A DNA stretch of 64,000 bases from Ignavibacteria bacterium RIFOXYB12_FULL_35_14 (GCA_001803045.1 MHAR01000090.1:3498-67497); one strand, 5' to 3'. Counted from the stretch's first letter, positions 46,112-56,303 are shown. A program made the numbers and translations. The notes: a model not told the origin generated them from the sequence alone.

Positions 46112-49100
46112 ATGAAAATAAGCTACCGAATACTTTTTATTAACTTTTTTGTTGTAGTATTAATTATAGGAAGCGCCTCCTTTGCTTTCTATTCCATAAT
46201 GTATAATGTTCTTACCAGTCAACAATCCAAATATCTACTTAAATCCTCCAATGATTTTATTTTTGCATACAATGAAACTTTTCAGAACACAGAAGATGAT
46301 TTTAATCAATTATCAAGAACAGAATTATTTTCTGGGGAAAGATTAAAATCTACCAGCATTGATTTTATCCTGGAACAAGATTCAAAAAACGTAAAAATCT
46401 ATTCACGCTCAGTTGTAAAAGCGGGAGTAAATCTCTCGCAAAAGTTCTCGTCGCTTGAAGAATTCATCAGCAATAATCCATCGGCAGTAATTAAAAGCCA
46501 TACATTTCCGGATGGAACTTCGGTTTATTATGGTCGTTTGCTTACGGATGAGTTCCTTAATTCCATTGCTCAAAAAATAAATGCTCAAGTTGTAATCATA
46601 ACAGGCAACTCAACACTGCAGGTATCAAATCAGTCGGCTAATCAGCAGTACATTTACTTTCTGAATAAAGCCTATAATAATTTATCCCGGCGAGAAAAAT
46701 TTAATGTTTATTCTGAAGATTCAGGTCAAGCTGATATCATATCAACACTTTGCAATATTTCGTCTAATATAAATGAAAATCAAAACCTCAAATTCCTAAT
46801 ATTCTCAACACTGAATGAAGCGGCAGATTTACGATCTAGCATTAAGTATATTTTAATCACAGTTGGAATAGCAGGTGTATTACTTTCACTCATTTTGACT
46901 TTCATGTTTACGCAAAAAATTAGAAGTCAGCTTCATTTGTTAAGTAATGCAACTGAACTTACAAAACAGGGAAACTTCAAAAATAAAATCGAAATTAAAT
47001 CAAATGATGAAATCGGACAATTAGCTTCGGCCTTTAACAACATGCTTGACGAGCTAGATAAACATGATCGAGCAATTACGGACTATTCCGATTTTATTGC
47101 TCTCATCAATAGAAATGCTTCTTTAAAGGAAATTGCAGATGCGGCATTGAATAAAATTATTAAAACGTGTGGATTTGCCGTCGGTGCAATCTATGCAGTA
47201 AAAGGCAGTTCCATTACGCTGATTCGTTCGTATGGTATTAAAGGAAAAACCGCCGCGGAAGATTATGAGTTTTTCGATTCAGCAATTAAGAATCGTGAAA
47301 TGCTCGAGCTTAATTTTGAAAAGAATTTTCCGACAGTTTCATCGGGAATTATCTCTCTTGAAATCAAGCACATGCTGTTGATTCCAATTATTTATAACAA
47401 CGAGGTAATTGCACTTCTGGAACTTGGCGGTTTGGATAGTCCATCTCAGGCAGTAAAGAATTACCTATCAAAGATTCAAGAACAGCTTGCGATTGGCTTA
47501 ACAAATGCTTTTGCATTTGTGCAGCTTGAAAATCTTGTTGTTGAGTTGAAGCTTTTGAATGAAGAATATCAAAAACAGAATCAACAGGTAAAGCAGCAAA
47601 ACGAATCATTAATAAAATTACACGATCAGCTCAGGGATAAAGCACGCGAACTTGAAGTTCAAAAATTGAGAGCTGAGGAATCTACAAAGCTAAAATCCCA
47701 ATTCCTGGCAAGTATGTCTCATGAGCTGCGAACTCCAATGAATTCTGTACTTGGATTAACAGAGCTAATACTCGATGAATCAACGTTATTAAACCCCAAA
47801 ACTAAAGAACGGTTGGAAATTGTTCATCGCAGCGGTAAACGTTTAATGAGTTTGATAAATGATATTTTAGATCTGTCCAAAATCGAGGCGGGGAAAATGG
47901 ATCTTAAACACGATGACGTTCTGCTCGAGGATATAATTCTTGATCTGGAAGCTTCAATAAGGCCATTAGTTGTAAAAAAGCATTTAGAACTTAAGATTGT
48001 TAGGAAAGCAAACACAAATGTTTTCATTGCTACCGACAGAGGAAAAGTAACTCAAGTTTTAATCAACTTACTGGGCAACGCAATTAAGTTTACTGAGCGG
48101 GGATTTGTTGAGCTTCATGTGGATGATTTGGGTGAAAATCAATTAAGATTTGATGTTGTTGATTCGGGAATAGGAATATCGATTGAAGATCAGAAAATAA
48201 TTTTTGAAGAATTCAGGCAGATAGATGGAACTGCCGCGCGAAAATACAGCGGCACAGGTTTAGGATTATCAATCTGTAAAAAAATTGCAGAGATGCTTAA
48301 CGGTTCGTTAAGCGTTGAAAGTCAGCTTAACAAGGGTTCGGTTTTCTCATTCATAATTCCTTTTAAAGTTTCATCAGAAAAAGAGCGACAAAAACAATCC
48401 GTTAATGTTGAAACCTTGAGGAAGAATAGAAAAAATCCAATCCTGGTAATTGATGATGATGCCGATATTAGAATTACTATTGGGCAATACTTGGAATCAA
48501 GGGGCTACAAAGTTGTTTATGCCGATAATGGTGCAAGCGGTGTTAATCTTGCAAAAGAACTGCAGCCGTTTGCAATAACTTTAGATTTGCTATTGCCTAA
48601 CAAAGATGGCTGGACCGTTCTTAAAGAATTGAAAGAGAATCCTGCAACTAAGAATATACCGGTTATTTTAGTTTCCATTATTGGCGATAAAAATCTTGGT
48701 TACGGGCTTGGAGCTTTCGAATATTTCGTAAAGCCAATATCACACAATGAGCTACTTTCAGCATTTAACAAACTAGAGAATTACGCTAGAAAAAAAATAG
48801 AAAAAATTATTTTGGTTGATGATGATGAATTAGAATTTGAGAGATTCAAGCGAGTATTGCATAATGATGGGGTTACCGTTCATTTTATTAAAGATAGTCA
48901 GTTTGCGTTTAATAAGATAGTTGATATTCAGCCCGATCTAATTGTTCTTGATTTACTTATGCCCGGAATAGATGGAATTACACTGACGCATGAACTAAGA
49001 AATTATAAAGAAACCAAACACATACCGATAATTATCAGCACAGCAAAAGATTTAAATGATGAAGAAAAAAATTCGCTTCGGCATATTGTTGAAGACATTA

Positions 49101-49660
49101 CGGTAAAATCTAAAGGTCATCCTCACGATGTTCTAAAAATTGTTAGAGATAGGATAAGAATGGATGAACTTTCATACTATGTTGAAGATACCGCAGGAAA
49201 ACAGCCTTTGGAAGAGATAGAAATTCTGAGTGACCAGATTCGGAATGTTTCTTTAGATGAAAAAAAAAACCGCAAAGAATTGCTCGGAGAAGTTTTAATT
49301 GTTGATGATGACCCTGACACTTTGTTCACAATCAATGAAATCGTTCAATCGTGCAATTGCACAACTTTTGTTGCTAAAAACGGACTTGAATGCCTTAACA
49401 TCTTAGAAAAAAATTTACCCGATCTTATTTTACTTGATATCATGATGCCGGAGATGGATGGTTTTCAGACCATAAAAAAAATACGCGAAAACTCAAATTG
49501 GAGGCATGTACCGGTTTTTGCAGTCACGGCACGCGCTATGCTGGAAGATCGGCAGATCATCCTTAAAAATGGATTTGATGATTATATAACTAAACCTGTC
49601 AATGCAGGGGTTATTTCATTCAAAATTGAAAAATTATTTTCAAAGATAAGGGCAACATAA
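46112..49660 (+). CDS. hybrid sensor histidine kinase: 2 TM + extracytoplasmic domain, HAMP, GAF, HisKA, HATPase, three receiver domains
   Basis: H-box SHELRTPMNSVLG, N/G boxes (NLLGNAIKFT, DSGIGI, GTGLGLSI), and three REC modules with LDLLLPNKDG, LDLLMPGIDG and LDIMMPEMDG. Confidence 0.9.
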   Translation: MKISYRILFINFFVVVLIIGSASFAFYSIMYNVLTSQQSKYLLKSSNDFIFAYNETFQNTEDDFNQLSRTELFSGERLKSTSIDFILEQDSKNVKIYSRSVVKAGVNLSQKFSSLEEFISNNPSAVIKSHTFPDGTSVYYGRLLTDEFLNSIAQKINAQVVIITGNSTLQVSNQSANQQYIYFLNKAYNNLSRREKFNVYSEDSGQADIISTLCNISSNINENQNLKFLIFSTLNEAADLRSSIKYILITVGIAGVLLSLILTFMFTQKIRSQLHLLSNATELTKQGNFKNKIEIKSNDEIGQLASAFNNMLDELDKHDRAITDYSDFIALINRNASLKEIADAALNKIIKTCGFAVGAIYAVKGSSITLIRSYGIKGKTAAEDYEFFDSAIKNREMLELNFEKNFPTVSSGIISLEIKHMLLIPIIYNNEVIALLELGGLDSPSQAVKNYLSKIQEQLAIGLTNAFAFVQLENLVVELKLLNEEYQKQNQQVKQQNESLIKLHDQLRDKARELEVQKLRAEESTKLKSQFLASMSHELRTPMNSVLGLTELILDESTLLNPKTKERLEIVHRSGKRLMSLINDILDLSKIEAGKMDLKHDDVLLEDIILDLEASIRPLVVKKHLELKIVRKANTNVFIATDRGKVTQVLINLLGNAIKFTERGFVELHVDDLGENQLRFDVVDSGIGISIEDQKIIFEEFRQIDGTAARKYSGTGLGLSICKKIAEMLNGSLSVESQLNKGSVFSFIIPFKVSSEKERQKQSVNVETLRKNRKNPILVIDDDADIRITIGQYLESRGYKVVYADNGASGVNLAKELQPFAITLDLLLPNKDGWTVLKELKENPATKNIPVILVSIIGDKNLGYGLGAFEYFVKPISHNELLSAFNKLENYARKKIEKIILVDDDELEFERFKRVLHNDGVTVHFIKDSQFAFNKIVDIQPDLIVLDLLMPGIDGITLTHELRNYKETKHIPIIISTAKDLNDEEKNSLRHIVEDITVKSKGHPHDVLKIVRDRIRMDELSYYVEDTAGKQPLEEIEILSDQIRNVSLDEKKNRKELLGEVLIVDDDPDTLFTINEIVQSCNCTTFVAKNGLECLNILEKNLPDLILLDIMMPEMDGFQTIKKIRENSNWRHVPVFAVTARAMLEDRQIILKNGFDDYITKPVNAGVISFKIEKLFSKIRAT

Positions 49661-49661
49661 T

Positions 49662-50363
49662 ATGAAACGAATATTGGTTATAGATGACTTACCTGAAAAT
49701 GTATTTATGCTTCAAGATCGGCTCGAAAATGAAGGTTATGAAGTAGTAACAGCTTACGACGGAAAAACCGGTATTGCCAAGGCAACAAACGATATGCCCG
49801 ATCTTATTCTTTTAGATGTTATGATGCCTGAAATGACAGGTATAGAAGTTTGTAAAATTCTTAAACAAGATCCCGGTACAGCAGACATTCCAATAATAAT
49901 TGTTACAGCTAAATCCGGTGCTGATGATGCTAAAGAGGGATTAGATGCCGGAGCATTGGATTACATCAAGAAGCCATTTGAAAAAGTAGAAATGTTAGCA
50001 AGAATAAATTCAGCTTTGAGATTGGCAGAAGCACATAAGCAAGTTATTGAAGCTGAAAAAAGAAGCACCTATGCGGCTACCGTTGTAACCACTAATCATA
50101 AAATTAAACAGCCGCTAACATTGATGAGCCTTTCTTCTGCGGCGATTAAGAGAGAATTAAATAAAGAACAGATTTCTAAAGAAGCAATCTTAAATCGGTT
50201 GAATTATATTGAAACAGCAATTAATGAGATTACTAACATTCTTAATCAGCTTAATGCAATAAAAAAACCACAGACTTCAGAGTATGCAAAAAATGTAAGG
50301 ATGGTAGAGGTTGAAAAGGATTCTGCGGAAAATTTCTCAGATAAACTTGCGGATAGTGGATAG
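49662..50363 (+). CDS. response regulator receiver fused to a DHp/H-box-like helical domain (no ATPase domain)
   Basis: REC motifs (LLDVMMPEMTG, VTAK, KP), then NHKIKQPLTLM, which resembles an SHELRTPL-type H-box, and helical sequence to the C-terminus. Confidence 0.7.
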   Translation: MKRILVIDDLPENVFMLQDRLENEGYEVVTAYDGKTGIAKATNDMPDLILLDVMMPEMTGIEVCKILKQDPGTADIPIIIVTAKSGADDAKEGLDAGALDYIKKPFEKVEMLARINSALRLAEAHKQVIEAEKRSTYAATVVTTNHKIKQPLTLMSLSSAAIKRELNKEQISKEAILNRLNYIETAINEITNILNQLNAIKKPQTSEYAKNVRMVEVEKDSAENFSDKLADSG

Positions 50364-52316
50364 CATAGTATCGAACTCATAGGGTTTTGTGACTAAGCTT
50401 GTAACCCCCACTTTTTTAACATCAGGGCTCGATTCTACGGACAAACTGCCTGTTGATAAAATAATTGGTATTTTGTAATTAAGTTTTCGCACTTGTTCTA
50501 CGCAATCCAATCCATTCATACCTGGCATATTGTAATCAATAATAAGTAAATCCACCTTCATTTCTTCAGTTAACACTCTTAATACCTCGGTACCGGAGGT
50601 AACCCTGATCACATTAAATCCACTGGATTCTAAAAGCTCAGCGAGCAAATCTCTCAGCATAATTTCATCATCGGCCAATAAAATTATTTTTTCAGAAGGC
50701 TCTGCCGTTATTTCATGAGAGATTGGTTCATAAGCCGGAATGTATACGTTAATCGTTGTTCCCTCATTTAATTTACTTGTAACATCAACGTGTCCTTTGT
50801 GAGCTTTGATAATTCCGTAAGTAACATATAATCCTAAACCCGATCCTGTATCCTTTTTCTTTGTGGAGAAGTATGGATCAAAAATTTTGCGGATATTTTC
50901 TTCCGATATTCCTTCTCCGGTGTCAGTGACGGAGAAACAAACGTATTTACCCTTATCAAGCCATGGAAAATTTGAAATGTTTTTAGCATCAACAAAAACA
51001 TTTTTAGCTGACAAAGTTATTTTTCCCGCACCAATAATAGCTTCCTTAGCATTAACACATAAGTTTAATAGTATCTGGTAAATTTCAGTTGGGTTTCCTA
51101 AAATATCGCTTATTTTTTCTTCAGTGACGCTTTCAAAAGTAAGTTCTTTGGAAAATGTTTGATTGACTACTTTGGAAAGTTCAGTGATAAGTAGGTTGGG
51201 TTTTATTAACTCCTTTTGTTTAAGGGTAGGCTTCCCGAAAGATAATAATCCTTTTGTTAGATCTCTTGCCCTCACGGCACAATTCTCTATGTTATCAATC
51301 ATTCGAGTAATATTATCTGTTTGAGGGACGCGCTTCTTCAGTAGGGTTAAACTTCCGAAAATGCTTGACAGCAAGTTGTTGAAATCGTGAGCCATACCGC
51401 TGGACAATTTTCCGATGGTTTCAAGCCTTTGTCCCTGCAAAAGTTTTTTTTCAATTTCAGTATTTAGGTCACGTGCTTTTATGCCGCTTATTATGAAGGC
51501 GAGCAGAGAGGATAATTGTTCTATGTTACCCATCTCATGATGCGAAAATTTATTTTCTTTTTTACCAAGAATAACCGCAGCTAATAATTTATTTTGAATA
51601 AAACATGGTGAAATTAATATATAGTTGCATTGCAAAACGTGAGCTAAGTTAAAGCCAATACTATTTGGTGCAGATGTAATTGTTAAGGGTTTTTTATTTA
51701 CCATTAACCACTTAGTAATAAAAGAAAAACTTGCTTTCAATTCTTTTTCTACGTCTGGTTTGTTTTGTATTTGATTGTTCGTGTCATTAAAAAGTATTTC
51801 ATATCTCGTATCTTCTTCACAAAAGACTATTAGCCCTGAATTGCTCTCTGTTATTTTTTCGCCTCTCGTCAATATTTCTTTACATAGCACAGTTAAAGAG
51901 TTTTCTTTTACAAGCAGGCTGAGAATATCGTGCAGCTCTTTCTGAAATTCAACATTTTTTTGAATAATGTTTTCGTGTTTTTCGTTTAGAGTTCGCTTTG
52001 TTTGAGGTGAATAAATTCTTATAAAATAACCTTCGGGTTTATTCTTTTTAACTAAGGGATAGACGCTTAAGTTTTGATGTGCGGGTAAAGTAATATTGAG
52101 AGGTTTGTTTTTTTCTAAAATCCTCAGATCATCTTCATCTTTTATTATGAAAAGATCATAAAAGGATTTGCCTTTAATTTTTGCAAAACCAGAATTTTCT
52201 TTGAAACTTTTGTTGAACCATAGAATATTTCCGTCCTTATCAGCAATAGCCAGAGAATTGCCTTCAACTTCTAAAAGCTCCGAGAGAGCAAAGTTAGAAA
52301 TTATTTTATTCAGCAT
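50337..52316 (-). CDS. hybrid sensor histidine kinase (PAS/GAF, HisKA, HATPase, receiver)
   Basis: H-box MAHDFNNLLSSIFG, G boxes DTGEGI and GSGLGL, C-terminal REC (LLIIDYNMPGMNG). The start is set at ATG 52316, 4 nt after the activator's stop; the track ORF extends to 52382. Confidence 0.85.
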   Translation of the reverse strand: MLNKIISNFALSELLEVEGNSLAIADKDGNILWFNKSFKENSGFAKIKGKSFYDLFIIKDEDDLRILEKNKPLNITLPAHQNLSVYPLVKKNKPEGYFIRIYSPQTKRTLNEKHENIIQKNVEFQKELHDILSLLVKENSLTVLCKEILTRGEKITESNSGLIVFCEEDTRYEILFNDTNNQIQNKPDVEKELKASFSFITKWLMVNKKPLTITSAPNSIGFNLAHVLQCNYILISPCFIQNKLLAAVILGKKENKFSHHEMGNIEQLSSLLAFIISGIKARDLNTEIEKKLLQGQRLETIGKLSSGMAHDFNNLLSSIFGSLTLLKKRVPQTDNITRMIDNIENCAVRARDLTKGLLSFGKPTLKQKELIKPNLLITELSKVVNQTFSKELTFESVTEEKISDILGNPTEIYQILLNLCVNAKEAIIGAGKITLSAKNVFVDAKNISNFPWLDKGKYVCFSVTDTGEGISEENIRKIFDPYFSTKKKDTGSGLGLYVTYGIIKAHKGHVDVTSKLNEGTTINVYIPAYEPISHEITAEPSEKIILLADDEIMLRDLLAELLESSGFNVIRVTSGTEVLRVLTEEMKVDLLIIDYNMPGMNGLDCVEQVRKLNYKIPIILSTGSLSVESSPDVKKVGVTSLVTKPYEFDTMLSTIRKFI

Positions 52317-52320
52317 TTCG

Positions 52321-53691
52321 TTAGTCTTGCCTGATCTCGTATTTTTTAATTTTTGTATAAAGTGTTTTAGGACTGATGCCAAGCTGGTTAGCTGTCTGAG
52401 TTCTATCCCACTTGTTAAGTTTAAGAATTTTTGCGATATGATGCTTTTCCATCTCGTCCATACTAAGTATTTCAGCTATGCGAATATTCTCTTCATTCAT
52501 TAGCGGCTGTGATGCCCTTGCGGTTGCACTTACAGGAAGATTGAGGTCGTCCGGTTCAATTAGTTCGCCTTCCGAGAAAATTATTGCCCGCTCAATTGTG
52601 TGTTCAAGCTCGCGGACATTGCCGGGAAAATTATAATTCAGAAGAGTCAATTCGGATTTTGGCGAAAGATTTTTTGGCGATCTTATTGGTGATTTTGCTT
52701 CAAGAAAAAATTTAGCAAGTACCGGTATATCATCTCTTCGATCTCTTAGCGGAGGAATTGTTAGCGTTATAACATTCAAGCGGAAGAGTAAATCACGTCT
52801 AAAATTTTTATTATCAGCTTCTTCTAAAAGATTTCTGTTCGTTGCCCCAATTACTCTAACATTAGAATTGAGATTTGCAACTCCACCGATCCTTCTGTAT
52901 TCACCATTCTCAAGAAAGCGTAAAAGTTTGGGTTGAAGCGATAAGCTCATTTCACCAATTTCATCTAAGAATAAAGTGCCGCCATTGGCTATCTCTACTA
53001 AACCTTGTTTTGTATTTTTTGCATCTGTAAAGGCTCCGCGCTCATGTCCGAAAAGTTCGCTTTCAATTAATTGATCGGGAAGCGAGGCACAGTTGATTAC
53101 AACAAATGGTTTGTCTGCACGGGTGGAATGTTTATGGATATATTCGGCAAAAAGCTCTTTACCGGTACCGGTTTCTCCTTCAATAAGAATGTTTGAATCG
53201 GACATAGCGGCTTTACTGGCAAGATTAATAATTCTTTGAAGCTGCGGGCTATCGCCTACAATGTTATGAGGAAGTTTTTTATTTACAATATCTGTGAGAA
53301 CAGTATTCTTAACTAAAAGAGATTTATGATCTGCCGCATTATTTATTGTCACCAGCAATTCGTCAAAATCGTAAGGTTTAGTAATGTAATCATAGGCACC
53401 CATTTTTATGCAATCTATAGCTTTGCGAATTTCATTTTGTGCTGTGAGGATAACAACAATTAAAGACGGGTTATAATCATTTACAAACTTTAGAACTTCT
53501 TCTCCGGGAACTTCCTGCATATTCAAATCAAGAAGAAGCATATCATAATTTTTACGTTTAATTGCTTCTATAGCGTATTTACCGTCATAAACGGTATCAA
53601 CCGAGAAACCCTCTTCAAGAAGCTGTTCCTTCAGAAGATAGCTTAGGGTTTCATCATCATCACAGACTAAAATTTTTGAATTTTTAGACAT
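52321..53691 (-). CDS. sigma-54-dependent response regulator (NtrC/PilR-type enhancer-binding protein)
   Basis: REC domain, AAA+ core with GETGTGKE, the sigma-54 contact loop variant GAFTDA, an ESELFGHE-type segment and a C-terminal Fis-type HTH ([20 protein letters not shown]). Confidence 0.9.
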   Translation of the reverse strand: MSKNSKILVCDDDETLSYLLKEQLLEEGFSVDTVYDGKYAIEAIKRKNYDMLLLDLNMQEVPGEEVLKFVNDYNPSLIVVILTAQNEIRKAIDCIKMGAYDYITKPYDFDELLVTINNAADHKSLLVKNTVLTDIVNKKLPHNIVGDSPQLQRIINLASKAAMSDSNILIEGETGTGKELFAEYIHKHSTRADKPFVVINCASLPDQLIESELFGHERGAFTDAKNTKQGLVEIANGGTLFLDEIGEMSLSLQPKLLRFLENGEYRRIGGVANLNSNVRVIGATNRNLLEEADNKNFRRDLLFRLNVITLTIPPLRDRRDDIPVLAKFFLEAKSPIRSPKNLSPKSELTLLNYNFPGNVRELEHTIERAIIFSEGELIEPDDLNLPVSATARASQPLMNEENIRIAEILSMDEMEKHHIAKILKLNKWDRTQTANQLGISPKTLYTKIKKYEIRQD

Positions 53692-53775
53692 ATCTTAACT
53701 TAGTTTTATTGTACTAATTTCACAATTTATTTGAATTAAAACCTCAAATTTCTATATTTGTGCTCAAAAAATTGA

Positions 53776-53847
53776 GGGCGTGTAGCTCAGTGGTAGAGCA
53801 TTTGCCTTTTAAGCAAAGGGTCGGTGGTTCGATCCCACCCACGCTCA
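53776..53847 (+). tRNA. tRNA-Lys (anticodon UUU)
   Basis: Hand-folded cloverleaf: acceptor gggcgtg/cacgctc, D arm gctc-agtggta-gagc, anticodon arm tttgc-cTTTTaa-gcaaa, T arm ggtgg-ttcgatc-ccacc, discriminator a. No encoded CCA. Confidence 0.9.
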
Positions 53848-54125
53848 CTTTTTTAATAGTAACCGAAATATTGTACTAAATTTTCCATCCGGTATTTAAC
53901 AAAATCATTTTGAAAGTCTTGTTAAAGAACGCAATACTCTCAAATTGCCAGCAAATATAACTATAAAATTTTTAATTCACATCTGTTGATTTTCCAAATC
54001 CCAAAAGAATAATCTGCCTTTTTAACTTTTTTTAAATTATCCTAACCGGATTATTAAAATGTTCTTTATTATTAATAAAAGGAATTATATCTTTCGAAAA
54101 AATTAAAAAACATTTAGGAAATAGA

Positions 54126-54470
54126 TTGGGCGAAATTGTATTTTGGACTATTATGCGAACGGCAATAACCATTCCTTTGGTTTGGCTTCTTCAAGGTTAT
54201 TTGGACTTTCAGTTTTGGTGGGTGCTTAGCTTATTTGCTATATACGGGGTGATAGTTCATCCTGCAATCATTCATTATAGATTGTTTGAAGAAAAAAATA
54301 AAGAAATTATTGAATCAACTTTATGTTCTACTTGTATGCATTTTGATAAATCGGCAGTGCTTTGTATGAAACATGATACACATCCCACACAAGAGTTTTT
54401 GCCTTGTGAGGGTTTAGACTGGGAACCAAATGCATTTCAAACAAGTAAAGACGAGCTGAAATCCGAATAA
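54126..54470 (+). CDS. small membrane protein with Cys-rich C-terminus, unknown function
   Basis: Two TM helices, then CSTC...C...C. The start is uncertain (TTG 54126 or ATG 54153). Confidence 0.35.
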   Translation: MGEIVFWTIMRTAITIPLVWLLQGYLDFQFWWVLSLFAIYGVIVHPAIIHYRLFEEKNKEIIESTLCSTCMHFDKSAVLCMKHDTHPTQEFLPCEGLDWEPNAFQTSKDELKSE

Positions 54471-54766
54471 TGAATTTGCTAAATGATAGTCTACCAAACC
54501 ACTCTCAATCATCCACAGTATAATCAAATCTAAACTTAATTAAATCGGGATCGAATTTCCTCTTTCTTATCAACTCATAATCATAAATAACCTTTCCGAT
54601 GTTTGGAAGGAAAGGAAAAACTATTTGATCATATTTTTACTTACCATTATCAATTAAGTAATAATTGATGTATTCATAATAATTTAGTTCATCTTAAAAA
54701 TTTTCTGCTAATTGTGTCACTTATTTCCCTTGAAAGTAACTATACAGATAATAAAATAGAGAAAGA

Positions 54767-55285
54767 ATGTTTGCTCAATCTCGTAGAAAAGTCGTTATAA
54801 ATATTTTTGCATTTCTGATTATTGTATCCACCTTAATTATTTATGCCAAAGAAGAAGGTGTGGTTGGAAGAACTCAAAAGAATCGGAAAGGTTGTACTTG
54901 TCATAATGAAGTTCCCTCAAGCGATGTTTTAGTTTCCATCTCGGGTCCGGATACGTTACAAGTTAGTCAAACTGCAGTGTATAACGTTACAATCTCTAGT
55001 AATTCTATAAAGGCGGCAGGAACTAATATTGCTGCTTCCGATGGAGAATTATATCCTGTTTCAAATGACTTAAAAATACTAAAGGGAGAGCTAACGCACA
55101 CTTCTCCAAAATATTCTTCTTCAGGAAAAGTCACATTTCAATTTTCCTATTCCTCACCTCAAATTGCCGGTACGCAAAGTCTCTATGCCAGTGGTAACAG
55201 CGTTAACATGAATGGGAAAAAGACTGGTGATTCATGGAATTACGCTCCGACTAAAACAATTTCAATTATCGGTAAAAAATTTTAA
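54767..55285 (+). CDS. secreted/anchored protein with conserved G-C-T-C-H motif (paralog A, no sorting domain)
   Basis: N-terminal signal/anchor. It appears roughly half identical (estimated by eye) to the N-terminal 170 aa of the next gene. Confidence 0.5.
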   Translation: MFAQSRRKVVINIFAFLIIVSTLIIYAKEEGVVGRTQKNRKGCTCHNEVPSSDVLVSISGPDTLQVSQTAVYNVTISSNSIKAAGTNIAASDGELYPVSNDLKILKGELTHTSPKYSSSGKVTFQFSYSSPQIAGTQSLYASGNSVNMNGKKTGDSWNYAPTKTISIIGKKF

Positions 55286-55305
55286 ATACCTTTAGGAGGT
55301 CAAAA

Positions 55306-56136
55306 ATGTTTGTTAGTTTTCAAAGGAAAAATGTTATTAATGTAGCGGCATTTTTCATCATAGTTTCAACAATAATTATTTATGCTGAATCAGGTGGAAT
55401 TGTCGGCAAAACCCAAAAGAACGGATTTGGTTGTACATGTCATAGCGAAATACCATCAGTTAATGTTTTGGTGGCAATTACAGGGCCTGATACGCTTGCA
55501 GTTGGACAATCGGCAACTTATACGCTAACAATACAAGGAGGACCTTTAGTTGCAGGTGGTACCAATATCGCCGCTTCAGACGGTAACTTGCTTCCAATTG
55601 CCGGCGATTTAAGAAAAGCATCCGGAGAATTAACTCATGTTTCACCCAAATCTTCCTCTGGAGGACAAGTATCTTTTCAGTTTACCTTCACAGCCCCAGC
55701 AACGTCTGGGACGCAGACGCTATTTGCTAACGGAAACAGTGTTAATTTTAATGGTTCAAACAACGGAGACCAATGGAATTTTGCTGCTAACAAAATTATT
55801 AATGTAGTTCAGCCAACAGGAATTGATGATCAATTTTTAGTCAATTCATTTGAATTAAGACAGAACTTCCCCAATCCGTTTAACCCAAGCACAATTATCA
55901 GTTGGCAGTCCTTAGTCGGCAGTTGGCAAACTTTGAAAGTATACGATGTACTTGGAAATGAGGTTACAACGCTTGTTAATGAATGGAAAGAAGCAGGCTG
56001 GCATTCGGTTGAGTTTTCTACCAATGGCGGAGCCGCCTCTGGCGGAGAAGCAAGCGGTTTATCTTCAGGGGTGTATTATTATAAACTTACTACTGATAAA
56101 TTTTCTTCAACGAAGAAGATGATACTGACAAAGTGA
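55306..56136 (+). CDS. paralog B of the CxCH protein with T9SS (Por) C-terminal sorting domain
   Basis: It has the same N-terminal domain, plus a CTD with LRQNFPNPFNPST...LKVYDVLGNEV...SGVYYYKL...KKMILTK. Confidence 0.7.
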   Translation: MFVSFQRKNVINVAAFFIIVSTIIIYAESGGIVGKTQKNGFGCTCHSEIPSVNVLVAITGPDTLAVGQSATYTLTIQGGPLVAGGTNIAASDGNLLPIAGDLRKASGELTHVSPKSSSGGQVSFQFTFTAPATSGTQTLFANGNSVNFNGSNNGDQWNFAANKIINVVQPTGIDDQFLVNSFELRQNFPNPFNPSTIISWQSLVGSWQTLKVYDVLGNEVTTLVNEWKEAGWHSVEFSTNGGAASGGEASGLSSGVYYYKLTTDKFSSTKKMILTK

Positions 56137-56152
56137 TTTAGACTCAGAGAAG

Positions 56153-56303
56153 GATTAAGGCTGACTAAAAAGTAATATTTTTTAGTAAATAGAACTACAC
56201 AGCGGCAGGCACTGATGACACTGATGTTTAATGATCCTCCAAAGGCGGATAGGTTTTCACAGATTTTATAATTGATGAATTACTTTTTAGTCACCCACTA
56301 AGG
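56153..56303. mobile_element. MITE-like element, family X copy 2
   Basis: The ends ggctgactaaaaagtaat and attactttttagtcaccc are inverted repeats. The internal ggcaggcactgatga...ttttataattgatgaattac is homologous to 13044-13196. Confidence 0.6.

Noticed and set aside
54893-54904. The G-C-T-C-H motif as a c-type cytochrome heme-binding site.
   Set aside because: The canonical motif is CxxCH, and here only one residue separates the cysteines. I kept it as an unexplained conserved motif rather than calling it a cytochrome.
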